Shown piece after piece: positions 42,613 to 53,753 of a DNA stretch of 64,000 bases (positions are counted from its first letter, which is position 1; each line of letters opens with the position of its first letter). The DNA lies in contig JBFWMA010000001.1 in NCBI GenBank assembly GCA_050251875.1, forward strand, positions 96,001-160,000, written 5' to 3'. The translations under genes were made by a program, and so were the position numbers. The notes below the pieces were generated by a model that saw only the letters and a program-made list of their open reading frames with translations, did not search any database and had not been told where the DNA came from. This DNA is from Deferribacterales bacterium. Lineage in GTDB: Bacteria; Chrysiogenota; Deferribacteres; Deferribacterales; Geovibrionaceae.

Positions 42613-43563
42613 ATGGATTATCTTGTTTTTTCCGGTACATCTAACCGGCCTCTGGCACAGAGCATAGTTGAAAAGCTGGGTATGAGACTCGGAGACGCGG
42701 ATGTGCGCAAATTCAGTGACGGTGAGATATTCGTAAGGATTAACGAGAGCGTCAGGGGACGTGATGTTTTCCTGATCCAGTCAACATGCAAACCCGCTGA
42801 GGAGAACCTGATAGAGCTTATGATTATGGTGGACGCCCTGAAACGCGCCTCAGCCAACAGCGTCACCGCCATCATCCCTTACTTCGGATATGCCCGTCAG
42901 GACAGAACATCCGAGCCCAGAGTGCCGATCACCGCTAAACTGGTGGCAAATCTGCTGACAAAATCAGGCATAGACAGAGTGGTTACTCTGAACCTCCATG
43001 CCGGACAGATTCAGGGATTTTTCGACATTCCCGTGGACAACCTCTATTCCTCACCCGTTTTCGAAAAATATTTCATGGAAAATAAAATGTACGGCGATGA
43101 CTATGTCGTGGTATCTCCCGATGCCGGCGGTGTTGCCAGAGCCAGAGCATACGCCAAAATACTCGACACATCTCTCGCCATTGTCGATAAAAGACGTGAG
43201 AAAGCGAATGTCGCTCAGGCGATGAACGTTATCGGCGATGTAAAAGGCAAAAAAGTAATCATAGTGGACGACATGATCGACACAGCCGGAACACTGACTC
43301 AGGCCGCTCAGGCGTGTCTGGATCACGGCGCTCTGTCCGTCATAGCCGCCGCTCCCCACGGAATCCTTTCCGGACCCGCTATAGAGAGAATAGTCCAGTC
43401 TCCTCTGGCACAGGTGATAGTGACAGACACAGTACCCTTCGCCAAAGAGAAAGAGATCAGCAAGATCAAGGTGCTGAGCGTTGCCGGACTTCTGGCGGAA
43501 GCCATCACAAGGATCTATACAAAAGAATCCATCAGCTCGCTCTTTGCCAAGGGTCAGGTATAA
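42613..43563 (+). CDS. prs: Ribose-phosphate pyrophosphokinase
   Basis: FSDGE, PYFGYARQDR, VSPDAGG and VDDMIDTAGT motifs. Confidence 0.97.
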   Translation: MDYLVFSGTSNRPLAQSIVEKLGMRLGDADVRKFSDGEIFVRINESVRGRDVFLIQSTCKPAEENLIELMIMVDALKRASANSVTAIIPYFGYARQDRTSEPRVPITAKLVANLLTKSGIDRVVTLNLHAGQIQGFFDIPVDNLYSSPVFEKYFMENKMYGDDYVVVSPDAGGVARARAYAKILDTSLAIVDKRREKANVAQAMNVIGDVKGKKVIIVDDMIDTAGTLTQAAQACLDHGALSVIAAAPHGILSGPAIERIVQSPLAQVIVTDTVPFAKEKEISKIKVLSVAGLLAEAITRIYTKESISSLFAKGQV

Positions 43564-44127
43564 GTGCTGATTGTCGGACTCGGCAACCCCGGAGAAAAAT
43601 ATGACCGCACCCGCCATAACCTGGGGTTCATGGCTGCCGATGCCCTTGTGTCTGAATATTCCGGCACATGGAGCAAGGGGTTCAAAGGCGAGTATTCGGA
43701 GATCTTTATAAACGGAAAGAAAGTTTTCGTTCTTAAGCCCCAGACATTTATGAATCTGAGCGGCGAGAGTGTCCAGCCCTTCTGCGCATTCTATAAGATA
43801 GCGCCGGAGGATATAATAGTTGTTCACGATGATATGGATATGGAGTTCACCCGGCTGAAGATCCGCAACGGAGGCTCATCTGGCGGGCATAACGGGATAA
43901 AGTCCATCGTCCAGCATCTCGGGACGGAAAAATTTCCCAGAGTGAAAATGGGCATAGGGAAAGATTTAAAAAAAGAGACAATTGGTCATGTTTTGGGGAA
44001 ATTTAGCCCTGACGAAGCTGAAAAACTTGACGAATTTGTCAAATCTAGTGTAAAAGCTATAGTTTCCATTGTTAATGACGGTCTCACAAAGGCGATGAAC
44101 GAGCACAACAGATCACTGCTTTTGTAA
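43564..44127 (+). CDS. pth: Peptidyl-tRNA hydrolase (GTG start)
   Basis: VGLGNPG, TRHN.GF, KPQTFMNLSG and GGHNG motifs. Confidence 0.96.
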   Translation: MLIVGLGNPGEKYDRTRHNLGFMAADALVSEYSGTWSKGFKGEYSEIFINGKKVFVLKPQTFMNLSGESVQPFCAFYKIAPEDIIVVHDDMDMEFTRLKIRNGGSSGGHNGIKSIVQHLGTEKFPRVKMGIGKDLKKETIGHVLGKFSPDEAEKLDEFVKSSVKAIVSIVNDGLTKAMNEHNRSLLL

Positions 44128-44197
44128 TGTTACTGATATGGAAGATATTTTTTGATAAAAATATATCATTAAAAAGTCCACTAGGAGGAACAACACG

Positions 44198-46231
44198 ATG
44201 ACAGATATGTCTTACCTCGCTCCGGTGCTTGGCATCATCGGGCTCGCAGTCGCGTTTATCATCTACAGCTCGATTGTCAGACAGCCTGTAGGCAGCGAGA
44301 AAATGAAAGAGATCTCAGAGGCCATCCATGATGGTGCTATGGCGTTTCTTCGCCGTGAGTACAAGGTACTTGCTATTTTTGTTGTAATTGTTTTTGCGCT
44401 TATGTTTTTCGCTAAAGACCTTGGACCCAACACAGCATTTTCATTCTTAGGCGGAGCTTTCTGCTCTATTATGGCAGGATTTTTCGGTATGCAGTCTGCT
44501 ACCAAGGCAAACGTCAGAACATCCGAAGCCGCCAGAGCAAAAGGCATGGCTGCCGCTCTTTCTGTCGCTTATAACGGCGGCGCGGTAATGGGTCTGGCTG
44601 TCGCTTCACTCGGACTTATCGGAGTAGGTATTCTTTTCATGCTTTTCGGCAACCCCGAAACAGCTAAATACATTAACGGATTCGCTATGGGTGCTTCTTC
44701 TATCGCTCTGTTCGCCAGAGTGGGCGGCGGTATCTATACAAAAGCCGCTGACGTGGGCGCTGACCTCGTTGGTAAAGTAGAAGCCGGAATCCCCGAAGAC
44801 GACCCCAGAAACCCCGGTGTTATCGCTGACAACGTTGGAGACAACGTAGGCGACATCGCTGGTATGGGCGCTGACATCTTCGAATCATATGTCGGTTCTA
44901 TCATCGCTACACTCATCATCGGCGCTACAGCCTCTCCCGAGCTGCTGGCTCTTCTCACACCCGAGACAGCCGACATAGCTATAGCTAAATCACACCTGAT
45001 GATAGCTCCCCTGATGCTCGCTGTTATGGGTCTTGTCGCTTCACTGGCAGGCGTTTTCTCCATGAAACTCCTGAAAAGCATCGAGCCCGCAGCAGCACTG
45101 CGCTATTCAACATTTATCGGCGCCGGTCTTTTCCTGATCTTCGCCTATATCTATATATCATCAATGGTAATCGCCAACGGTGTTTTCTGGGCGCTTCTGT
45201 CAGGTACTATGATCGGTATCCTGATCGGTCTTGTTACAGAATACTACACAGCAGCCGGTCCTGTCAGAAGAATCGTTCTCGCTTCTAAAACAGGTCCCGC
45301 CACAAACATCATCACAGGTCTTGCCGTTGGTCTTGAGTCTGTTGTTGCTCCTATCCTGCTGATCTGTATCGGCATATATGTAGCTAACTCAGTAGCCGGA
45401 CTTTACGGTATCGGTATCGCCGCTGTCGGTATGCTTGCCACTGTCGGTGTTACTATGACTGTTGACGCTTACGGACCTATCGCTGACAACGCCGGCGGTA
45501 TCTCTGAGATGGCAGGTCTTGGAAAAGACGTGCGTAACATCACAGACAGCCTTGACGCTATCGGAAACACAACAGCCGCTGTTGGTAAAGGTTTTGCCAT
45601 CGGTTCAGCCGCTCTTACAGCTCTGGCTCTGTTCGCCGCTTACGGCGCTTCCGCTAAAGTCGGCGTGATAGACATCACACAGCCCAAAGTAGTTATCGGT
45701 CTTTTCATAGGCGGATTCCTGCCCTTCCTTATCGGCGCTCTCACCATGACATCTGTTGGTAAAGCCGCAGAGCAGATGGTTGAAGAAATCCGCCGCCAGT
45801 TCCGTGAAATCCCCGGACTTCTGGAAGGCAAAGAGGGCGTTAAGCCCGATCCTAAAACTTGCGTTGATATATCCACAGCCGCCGCTCTGAAAGAAATGAT
45901 TCTTCCCGGCGTAATGGCTGTTATCTGCCCCATCCTTGTCGGATTCATCCTCGGTAAAGAGGCTCTGGGCGGAACACTCGCCGGCGCTACTGTTTCCGGT
46001 GTTCTTCTTGCTCTGCTGATGGCTAACGCCGGCGGCGCATGGGACAACGCTAAGAAAGCTGTAGAAAAAAGCGCTTACGGTTCAGACGGCAAAGGCTCAG
46101 ATCAGCACAAAGCCGCTGTAGTGGGCGACACAGTGGGCGACCCCTTCAAAGATACATCAGGTCCCGCGATGAACATTCTCATCAAACTGATGTCAATCGT
46201 TTCACTTATCATTGCGCCGCTAATAGCGTAA
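44198..46231 (+). CDS. hppA: Membrane-bound pyrophosphatase, K+-dependent type (probably Na+-translocating)
   Basis: [35 protein letters not shown] and [10 protein letters not shown] motifs; GNTTAA has Ala rather than Lys at the K+-dependence position. Confidence 0.93.
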   Translation: MTDMSYLAPVLGIIGLAVAFIIYSSIVRQPVGSEKMKEISEAIHDGAMAFLRREYKVLAIFVVIVFALMFFAKDLGPNTAFSFLGGAFCSIMAGFFGMQSATKANVRTSEAARAKGMAAALSVAYNGGAVMGLAVASLGLIGVGILFMLFGNPETAKYINGFAMGASSIALFARVGGGIYTKAADVGADLVGKVEAGIPEDDPRNPGVIADNVGDNVGDIAGMGADIFESYVGSIIATLIIGATASPELLALLTPETADIAIAKSHLMIAPLMLAVMGLVASLAGVFSMKLLKSIEPAAALRYSTFIGAGLFLIFAYIYISSMVIANGVFWALLSGTMIGILIGLVTEYYTAAGPVRRIVLASKTGPATNIITGLAVGLESVVAPILLICIGIYVANSVAGLYGIGIAAVGMLATVGVTMTVDAYGPIADNAGGISEMAGLGKDVRNITDSLDAIGNTTAAVGKGFAIGSAALTALALFAAYGASAKVGVIDITQPKVVIGLFIGGFLPFLIGALTMTSVGKAAEQMVEEIRRQFREIPGLLEGKEGVKPDPKTCVDISTAAALKEMILPGVMAVICPILVGFILGKEALGGTLAGATVSGVLLALLMANAGGAWDNAKKAVEKSAYGSDGKGSDQHKAAVVGDTVGDPFKDTSGPAMNILIKLMSIVSLIIAPLIA

Positions 46232-46244
46232 GATTAAAAAACTT

Positions 46245-46275
46245 AAAGGCAGACACTTGCGTGTCTGCCTTTTTT
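46245..46275 (+). terminator. Rho-independent terminator after hppA
   Basis: AAAGGCAGACAC-TTGC-GTGTCTGCCTTT followed by a T tract. Confidence 0.85.
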
Positions 46276-46305
46276 GTTTTAGAGTATTTTTTCATAAAAA
46301 CATCA

Positions 46306-46376
46306 CCCTCTTTCTCAAAGAGGGATGGGGAGATTTCTTAAAGAAATCCCTCCCCGCCTCCCTTTAAAAAGGGAGG
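46306..46376. repeat. Nested palindromic element (two inverted CC(C/T)CTTT-n-AAAG(G/A)GG hairpin units)
   Basis: CCCTCTTT-CTC-AAAGAGGG, central GGGGAGATTTCTT/AAGAAATCCCTCCCC, and CCTCCCTTT-AA-AAAGGGAGG. Confidence 0.65.
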
Positions 46377-46390
46377 AGCAAGGAGCGTAC

Positions 46391-47485
46391 ATGGGATTCA
46401 ACTGCGGTATCGTCGGACTGCCTAATGTGGGCAAATCAACTATTTTCAACGCCCTGACTAAGGCAGGCGCCGCCAGCGCCAACTATCCTTTCTGCACAAT
46501 CGACCCGAACACAGGCATTGTGCCTGTTATAGACGAAAGACAGGATTACATCATTCAGTTTATCAAACCGAAATCCATAGTGCGCACCACCATCGAGTTC
46601 GTGGACATAGCCGGGCTGGTGAAAGGCGCCAGTAAAGGCGAGGGTCTGGGTAACCAGTTCCTGACAAACATTCGCCAGGTGGACGCCGTGGCGCACGTTG
46701 TGCGTTGTTTTGACAGTACGGATATAACCCACGTTGAGGGCACAGTAGACCCCGAGCGTGATATAGATATAATCAACACCGAGCTGCTCTTAAGCGACAT
46801 GGAGATAATAGACCGTGCCGTGGACAAGACTCAGAAAGCCTCCAAAGGAGGCGACAAAGAGATGCTCAGAAAACTGGAATATCTGAAAAAACTTCAGGCG
46901 GAAGTAGCCAAAGGGACTCAGATAAGAAACATCGACGGCTATAAGGAGATGGTAGAGGAGCTTCCCGAATATTCCTTCATCACCGCCAAGCCCGTGATGT
47001 ATGTTATGAACGTGAACGAAGACGAGATTCTGGAAGATAATGAATACGCAAAAAGAGTGCGTGCCATAGCCGAGAAAGAACAGGCCGTGTGCGTGCGCAT
47101 ATGCGGAAAGATAGAACAGGAGATATCCGAGCTGGACGAGGCGGAGGCGAAAGAGTTTCTGGAGAGCCTCGGGCTCCAGCGCTCCGGTCTCACAGAGATG
47201 ACCGAACAGGGATATAAGCTCCTGGATCTGATAACATTCTTCACCGCCGGGGAGAAAGAGGTGCGCGCCTGGACCATCACCAGAGGCACCACGGCTCAGA
47301 AAGCGGCAGGAAAAATCCACACCGACATAGAGAGAGGATTTATCCGCGCGGAAGTCACCAGCTATGCTGATTTTCAGGCTTTCAACTCTCTGACTAAGGC
47401 GAAGGAAATGGGCAAAATGCGTCTTGAGGGAAAAGAATATCTTGTTCAGGACGGCGATATAATGTATTTCAGGTTCAATGTATAG
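46391..47485 (+). CDS. ychF: Redox-regulated ATPase YchF
   Basis: GIVGLPNVGKST, ANYPFCTIDPN and DIAGLVKGASKGEGLGN motifs. Start moved to ATG 46391 after AGGAG. Confidence 0.96.
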   Translation: MGFNCGIVGLPNVGKSTIFNALTKAGAASANYPFCTIDPNTGIVPVIDERQDYIIQFIKPKSIVRTTIEFVDIAGLVKGASKGEGLGNQFLTNIRQVDAVAHVVRCFDSTDITHVEGTVDPERDIDIINTELLLSDMEIIDRAVDKTQKASKGGDKEMLRKLEYLKKLQAEVAKGTQIRNIDGYKEMVEELPEYSFITAKPVMYVMNVNEDEILEDNEYAKRVRAIAEKEQAVCVRICGKIEQEISELDEAEAKEFLESLGLQRSGLTEMTEQGYKLLDLITFFTAGEKEVRAWTITRGTTAQKAAGKIHTDIERGFIRAEVTSYADFQAFNSLTKAKEMGKMRLEGKEYLVQDGDIMYFRFNV

Positions 47486-48200
47486 AAAAACACTGCTACT
47501 ACTGATAACTTTTCTGACCGCGGGGATATTGCACGCTGCAAACTATGCCAATGTTACTGTGCCGTCACTCTCCATATATTCCAAGCCGTCCACCAACGCC
47601 GACATCACGGGGACTCTGAAAAACGGAGCCGGTGTCGAGATTCTCGAAAAGAAGAACGGGTGGGTCAGGATAAAGCTCCCGGAAGGGGCGACAGGTTATG
47701 TGAAAAATCAGGGTCTGAAGGCGACCACTGTGAAGCCGGAACCCGCCAGCATCAGCGATCAGGTGGAAAAACTTCTGAATAAATTCAACAAGACGGTTCT
47801 GGAATCCGAGTATGCTAAGACAAAGAAAGTAGTTCCGTCTCTCAGCCTGGCTTCTGTCAGAAGCCAGAGCGATATGACCTTCGTATTCTGCGCCGTCAAT
47901 CTGGACGGAAAAAAAGTTCCGTCACTCAGAAGAAATCCGCTGGCAAAAAATATGAGAGAGCTCATCGAGCTGTCTTTTCTGAAAATGCTGAAAAAGCCGT
48001 CTCCGATGTATAGAATAGCGGTGGAAACACCGTATTTCGGCGATAAAGGTGTTATCAACGGCACCAACAATTATGCCGTGTTCACTATTCAGGCGGAAAA
48101 AGAGCAGATTAATCAGGTTGAAAAGGGTACAATATCCGTATGGAATCTGGTGCGCAGTACAAAAAAACTGGGCATGGTCTTTGAGGATATGCCTCACTAG
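47478..48200 (+). CDS. Exported SH3b-domain protein
   Basis: Signal peptide; PST.A.I.G.L..G..V.ILEKKNGWVRI......GYV SH3b pattern. Confidence 0.75.
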   Translation: MYRKTLLLLITFLTAGILHAANYANVTVPSLSIYSKPSTNADITGTLKNGAGVEILEKKNGWVRIKLPEGATGYVKNQGLKATTVKPEPASISDQVEKLLNKFNKTVLESEYAKTKKVVPSLSLASVRSQSDMTFVFCAVNLDGKKVPSLRRNPLAKNMRELIELSFLKMLKKPSPMYRIAVETPYFGDKGVINGTNNYAVFTIQAEKEQINQVEKGTISVWNLVRSTKKLGMVFEDMPH

Positions 48201-48229
48201 GTTATTATTCCGCATGGCGGGAGGTTTAG

Positions 48230-48712
48230 ATGTCTTCCTTAACACATTTTGACGAACAGGGCAGAAGCCGTATGGTGGATGTCACCGAGAAGAACGACAC
48301 TGTCCGTGAGGCTGTGGCTGAGGGATATATTAAAATGTCTCCCGAAACACTCGATCAGCTCATCGCCGGAAAGATGGCGAAGGGCAGAAACGTTTTCGAG
48401 GTTGCCCGTGTCGCCGCCGTTATGGCTGTTAAAAAGACATCGGACATAATCCCAATGTGTCACCCGCTTCTGATAACAGGAGTGGACGTCTATTTTGAAC
48501 CGGATAAAGAAAAATCTCTTGTTAATATACAGGTAAAAGCGAAGCTGGCAGGAAAAACAGGCATCGAGATGGAAGCGCTCACAGGTGTTTCCGTTGCCGC
48601 CCTCACCATTTATGACATGTGCAAGGCAGTGGACAAAAATATGGTGATCGGCGATATCCGCCTGATGAAAAAATCCGGCGGAAAGAGCGGAACTTTTATC
48701 AGGGAAGAATAA
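48230..48712 (+). CDS. moaC: Cyclic pyranopterin monophosphate synthase
   Basis: LTHFD..G..RMVDV, IPMCHP, TGIEMEAL, YDMCKAVD and KSGG motifs. Confidence 0.96.
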   Translation: MSSLTHFDEQGRSRMVDVTEKNDTVREAVAEGYIKMSPETLDQLIAGKMAKGRNVFEVARVAAVMAVKKTSDIIPMCHPLLITGVDVYFEPDKEKSLVNIQVKAKLAGKTGIEMEALTGVSVAALTIYDMCKAVDKNMVIGDIRLMKKSGGKSGTFIREE

Positions 48713-48715
48713 TAT

Positions 48716-49552
48716 ATGAGAGTACATTTAGCGCAGATCAAGCCCGTTCTGGGCGATGTGGAAAAGAACGCCGAAAAGCATTTTGAGATAATCGAACACG
48801 CCCTTCAGCAGGGGTGCGAGATGGTGGTCTTTCCGGAGCTGTCACTCACCGGCTATTATCTTCTGGATCTGGTATATGACGTGGCGATGGACGAGAGCCA
48901 CCCCATCTATCAGAAATTTCTGGAATATTCAAAGAACATAGCGATCGTTTTCGGCTATGTTTATGAGTCGAAAGACAGGCTTTTCTACAACGCCTCAGCG
49001 TTCGTGCACCGTGGAGTCACTGTGCATCAGCACCGCAAGGTGTATCTCCCGGACTACACACTCTTTGAAGAGGGCAGATATTTTGCCGCCGGAAACCGCA
49101 TCCAGACCTTCGAAACGGAGTTCGGCACCACAGGCATGCTGATATGCGAGGACGTGTTTCACATGAGCTCGCTCTACATTCTGTCGCAGTCCGGCGTGCA
49201 GAACATTATCATCCTGTCCAACAGTCCCGCCAGAGGCAACCTGGAGCTGGGACACGATGCCTCCAACACATGGCAGACATCTAACAGATATATGGCGGGT
49301 GTGCTGACGGTGAACGTGATATTCGTGAACCGTGTGGGCGTGGAAGACGGCGTATCCTTCTGGGGAGGATCAGAGGTATATGATGCCAGAGGGCGTCTGC
49401 TGGCTAATCTGGATATGTTCAAGGAGCAGACAGCCTGTGTGGATATCGATCTGGAGAATGTCAGAAGAGCGAGGATAGAGACACCTTTCCTCAGGGACGA
49501 GAAGAGCTTTCTGCTCAGAAATTTCCTCAACAGCGAAAGGGGGATTAAATGA
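48716..49552 (+). CDS. Nitrilase-family amidase, probable stand-alone glutaminase subunit of NAD synthetase
   Basis: E-K-C triad ([23 protein letters not shown]); overlaps the nadE start. Confidence 0.8.
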   Translation: MRVHLAQIKPVLGDVEKNAEKHFEIIEHALQQGCEMVVFPELSLTGYYLLDLVYDVAMDESHPIYQKFLEYSKNIAIVFGYVYESKDRLFYNASAFVHRGVTVHQHRKVYLPDYTLFEEGRYFAAGNRIQTFETEFGTTGMLICEDVFHMSSLYILSQSGVQNIIILSNSPARGNLELGHDASNTWQTSNRYMAGVLTVNVIFVNRVGVEDGVSFWGGSEVYDARGRLLANLDMFKEQTACVDIDLENVRRARIETPFLRDEKSFLLRNFLNSERGIK

Positions 49553-50361
49553 GGCTTGACCTTGATCTCACCGTTGATATACTCACAAACTTTATAAAAG
49601 AAGAGACAGAGAAAATAGGGCTGAATAATGTCGTATTGGGTCTGTCCGGAGGAATAGATTCCGCCCTCAGCGCCGCTCTGGCGGCTAAGGCATTGGGCGG
49701 GGACAGGGTGTATGCCTACTGCATGCCCTATAAGCTCTCCAGCGATGAGAGCCTGAAAGACGCCATCAAGGTGGCTGAAACCTTTAAACTGAATTTCGAG
49801 GTGATAGAGATCACGGATATGGTTGATCCCTATTTCGCCATGATGGAAGATATCAGCAAACTCAGAATGGGCAACGTGATGGCTCGCCAGAGGATGATAT
49901 GTCTGTTCGACATGTCTGCCAAGGTGGGCGGGCTGGTGCTGGGCACCAGCAACAAGACTGAGCTTCTTCTGGGATATGGCACATGGTACGGCGACCTCGC
50001 CAGCGCCATAAACCCCATTGGCGATCTTTACAAGACGCAGGTGTGGGAGCTGTCCGAATATCTGGGGATTCCCCAGACAGTGGTGGACAAACCGCCCACC
50101 GCAGATCTTTGGGTCGGGCAGACGGACGAACAGGAGCTGGGGTTCACCTATAAACAGGCGGACGATTTGCTCTATGCCATGATAGACGAGCGCAGACGCA
50201 CTCAGGAGCTCATTAAGATGGGATTCGAGGAAGAGTTCGTGAAAAAGGTATCGGACAGAGTTCGCAGAAACCAGTTTAAGAGAAATCCGGTGGTGATAGC
50301 CAAGGTCAGCCAGAGAACCATAGGACGTGACTTCCGCTATTGCCGGGACTGGGGATATTAG
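49549..50361 (+). CDS. nadE: NAD+ synthetase (single synthetase domain)
   Basis: [29 protein letters not shown] and PTADLW motifs. Confidence 0.94.
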   Translation: MRLDLDLTVDILTNFIKEETEKIGLNNVVLGLSGGIDSALSAALAAKALGGDRVYAYCMPYKLSSDESLKDAIKVAETFKLNFEVIEITDMVDPYFAMMEDISKLRMGNVMARQRMICLFDMSAKVGGLVLGTSNKTELLLGYGTWYGDLASAINPIGDLYKTQVWELSEYLGIPQTVVDKPPTADLWVGQTDEQELGFTYKQADDLLYAMIDERRRTQELIKMGFEEEFVKKVSDRVRRNQFKRNPVVIAKVSQRTIGRDFRYCRDWGY

Positions 50362-50391
50362 CATATAGAATGAGGTTAGTGACGGCTTAAC

Positions 50392-50430
50392 GTCATTGCG
50401 AGGAAGCCTTCGGGCTGACGCGGCAATCTC
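50392..50430 (+). repeat. Single GTC-tagged REP-like palindromic unit
   Basis: GTCATTGCGAGGAAGCCTTCGGGCTGACGCGGCAATCTC; 36/39 identical to the inverted copy at 52083-52121. Confidence 0.85.
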
Positions 50431-50466
50431 ATAACAGGATATAAACCCGGAAATACAAGGAGATAA

Positions 50467-51939
<1,473 letters not shown>

Positions 51940-51943
51940 TTTA

Positions 51944-52035
51944 ATTGAAAAATCCCATCCTTGGGATTTTTCAATATGACTTTCTCGGAGTAATCCGAGA
52001 AAGGTCTCACGCAAGCGAGCCCCATCCGTGGGGCT
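51944..52035. other. Run of four adjacent hairpins (structured intergenic element; the first may be a terminator)
   Basis: 14-bp stem with loop TCCT; stem with loop GTAA; weak stem with loop GCAA; 7-bp stem with loop TCCG. Confidence 0.6.
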
Positions 52036-52082
52036 AAGTTGAAGATGATTGGTTCGTGAGATTTTGGATATTATAGATGTTT

Positions 52083-52168
52083 GAGATTGCCGCGTCAGCC
52101 GTAGGGCTTCCTCGCAATGACGCTCTCCTTTCTGTCATAGCGAGGAGCGGGAGCGACGTCGCTATCTC
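52083..52168. repeat. Pair of GTC-tagged REP-like palindromic units (head-to-head)
   Basis: GAGATTGCC...GCAATGAC (52083-52121) and GTCATAGCGAG...GCTATCTC (52134-52168). Confidence 0.85.
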
Positions 52169-52199
52169 GTTAAAAGATATTAAATGTTTGAGAGGCAAT

Positions 52200-53747
52200 A
52201 TGGATATTCATAGCCAGAAGGTATTAATACTGGATTTCGGGTCACAATACACACAGCTTATCGCCAGACGTATTCGTGAAGCCAACGTATATTGCGAGAT
52301 TTTTCCCTGCAACGCTGACTTTCAGAAGATCAGGGATTTCGGGGCGAAGGGGATAATCCTCTCCGGCGGTCCCGCTTCTGTTTACGATGAGGACGCCCCC
52401 ACAGTATCAAAAGAGATATACGATCTGGGCGCTCCCGTTCTGGGCATCTGTTACGGTCACCAGCTCACCGGAGAATATTTCGGAGGCAAGGTAGCCGCCG
52501 CCACCCACAGAGAATACGGCAGGGCAGAGCTTTTCATCGGAAAAAAAGATCCCTTCTTTGACGGGATAGATACAGAATCATTCACAGTGTGGATGAGCCA
52601 CGGCGACAGGCTGGAGAAGATGCCTGAAGGGTTTGACGTTATCGCTTATACGAAAAACGCGCCCGTAGCCGCCATGAAACACCACACCAGACCTATATAC
52701 ACCATTCAGTTTCACCCTGAGGTGGCGCACACGGACAACGGAGCGACAATCCTTAAAAACTTCGTGGTTAACGTATGCGGATGTTCACAGGTATGGACTC
52801 CCGCAAACTTCGTTGAGGCGGAGATAGAGCGCATCAGAGAACTGGTGGGCGACAAACGTGTTCTGTGCGGACTGTCCGGCGGCGTGGATTCGTCAGTCGC
52901 CGCTGTGCTGATTCACAGAGCCATAGGCGACAGGCTCACCTGCGTGTTCGTGGACAACGGACTTCTGCGCAAGGATGAGGGGAAACAGGTTGAGGATGCT
53001 TTCCGTGACCATTTCCACATGAATCTGGTGGCAGTGAACGCTGAAGACAGATTTCTCGCCGCTCTGAAAGGCGTGACCGATCCCGAAAAGAAAAGAAAAG
53101 CAATCGGCAACCTGTTTGTCAGAATATTTGAAGAGGAATCAGCAAAGCTGGGCGACTTCGACTTTCTGGCGCAGGGAACACTCTATCCGGATGTTATAGA
53201 ATCAGTCTCTTTCAAAGGTCCCTCAGCCACTATCAAGACCCACCACAATGTGGGCGGTCTGCCTGAGGACATGAAGTTCAAACTTCTGGAGCCCCTGCGT
53301 GAGCTGTTCAAGGACGAGGTTCGTCAGGTCGGCGCCGCGCTGGGTATCCCTGATAACTTTATCTGGAGACACCCGTTCCCCGGTCCCGGTCTGGGCGTCA
53401 GGGTTCTGGGCGAAGTGACAAAAGAGAGATGCGACATACTGCGTGAGGCGGACGCCATCTATATGGAAGAACTGCACAAGGCAGACCTCTACCGCAAGAT
53501 ATGGCAGGCGTTCACCGTTCTGCTCCCCGTCAACACAGTTGGCGTTATGGGCGACAACAGAACATATGAAAACGCCGTGGCGGTCAGAGCCGTGGAATCC
53601 ACAGACGGAATGACAGCCGACTGGGCGCATATTCCCTATGAGGTTCTGGGACGCATATCCAACAGGATCATCAACGAGGTTAGGGGCATCAACAGGGTGG
53701 CGTATGACATCAGCTCCAAACCGCCGGCAACTATAGAGTGGGAGTAA
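52200..53747 (+). CDS. guaA: Glutamine-hydrolyzing GMP synthase
   Basis: [32 protein letters not shown] and [10 protein letters not shown] motifs. Start moved to ATG 52200 after GAGG. Confidence 0.96.
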   Translation: MDIHSQKVLILDFGSQYTQLIARRIREANVYCEIFPCNADFQKIRDFGAKGIILSGGPASVYDEDAPTVSKEIYDLGAPVLGICYGHQLTGEYFGGKVAAATHREYGRAELFIGKKDPFFDGIDTESFTVWMSHGDRLEKMPEGFDVIAYTKNAPVAAMKHHTRPIYTIQFHPEVAHTDNGATILKNFVVNVCGCSQVWTPANFVEAEIERIRELVGDKRVLCGLSGGVDSSVAAVLIHRAIGDRLTCVFVDNGLLRKDEGKQVEDAFRDHFHMNLVAVNAEDRFLAALKGVTDPEKKRKAIGNLFVRIFEEESAKLGDFDFLAQGTLYPDVIESVSFKGPSATIKTHHNVGGLPEDMKFKLLEPLRELFKDEVRQVGAALGIPDNFIWRHPFPGPGLGVRVLGEVTKERCDILREADAIYMEELHKADLYRKIWQAFTVLLPVNTVGVMGDNRTYENAVAVRAVESTDGMTADWAHIPYEVLGRISNRIINEVRGINRVAYDISSKPPATIEWE

Positions 53748-53753
53748 TCCGCT

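Noticed and set aside
46325..46390. N-terminal extension of YchF
   Set aside because: It runs through the palindromic element. The canonical MGFNCGIVG start with AGGAG is at 46391.
52077..52199. 41-aa N-terminal extension of GuaA
   Set aside because: It is the translation of the palindromic repeat pair. The conserved GuaA start with an RBS is at 52200. In-frame repeat-derived coding cannot be fully excluded but has no support.
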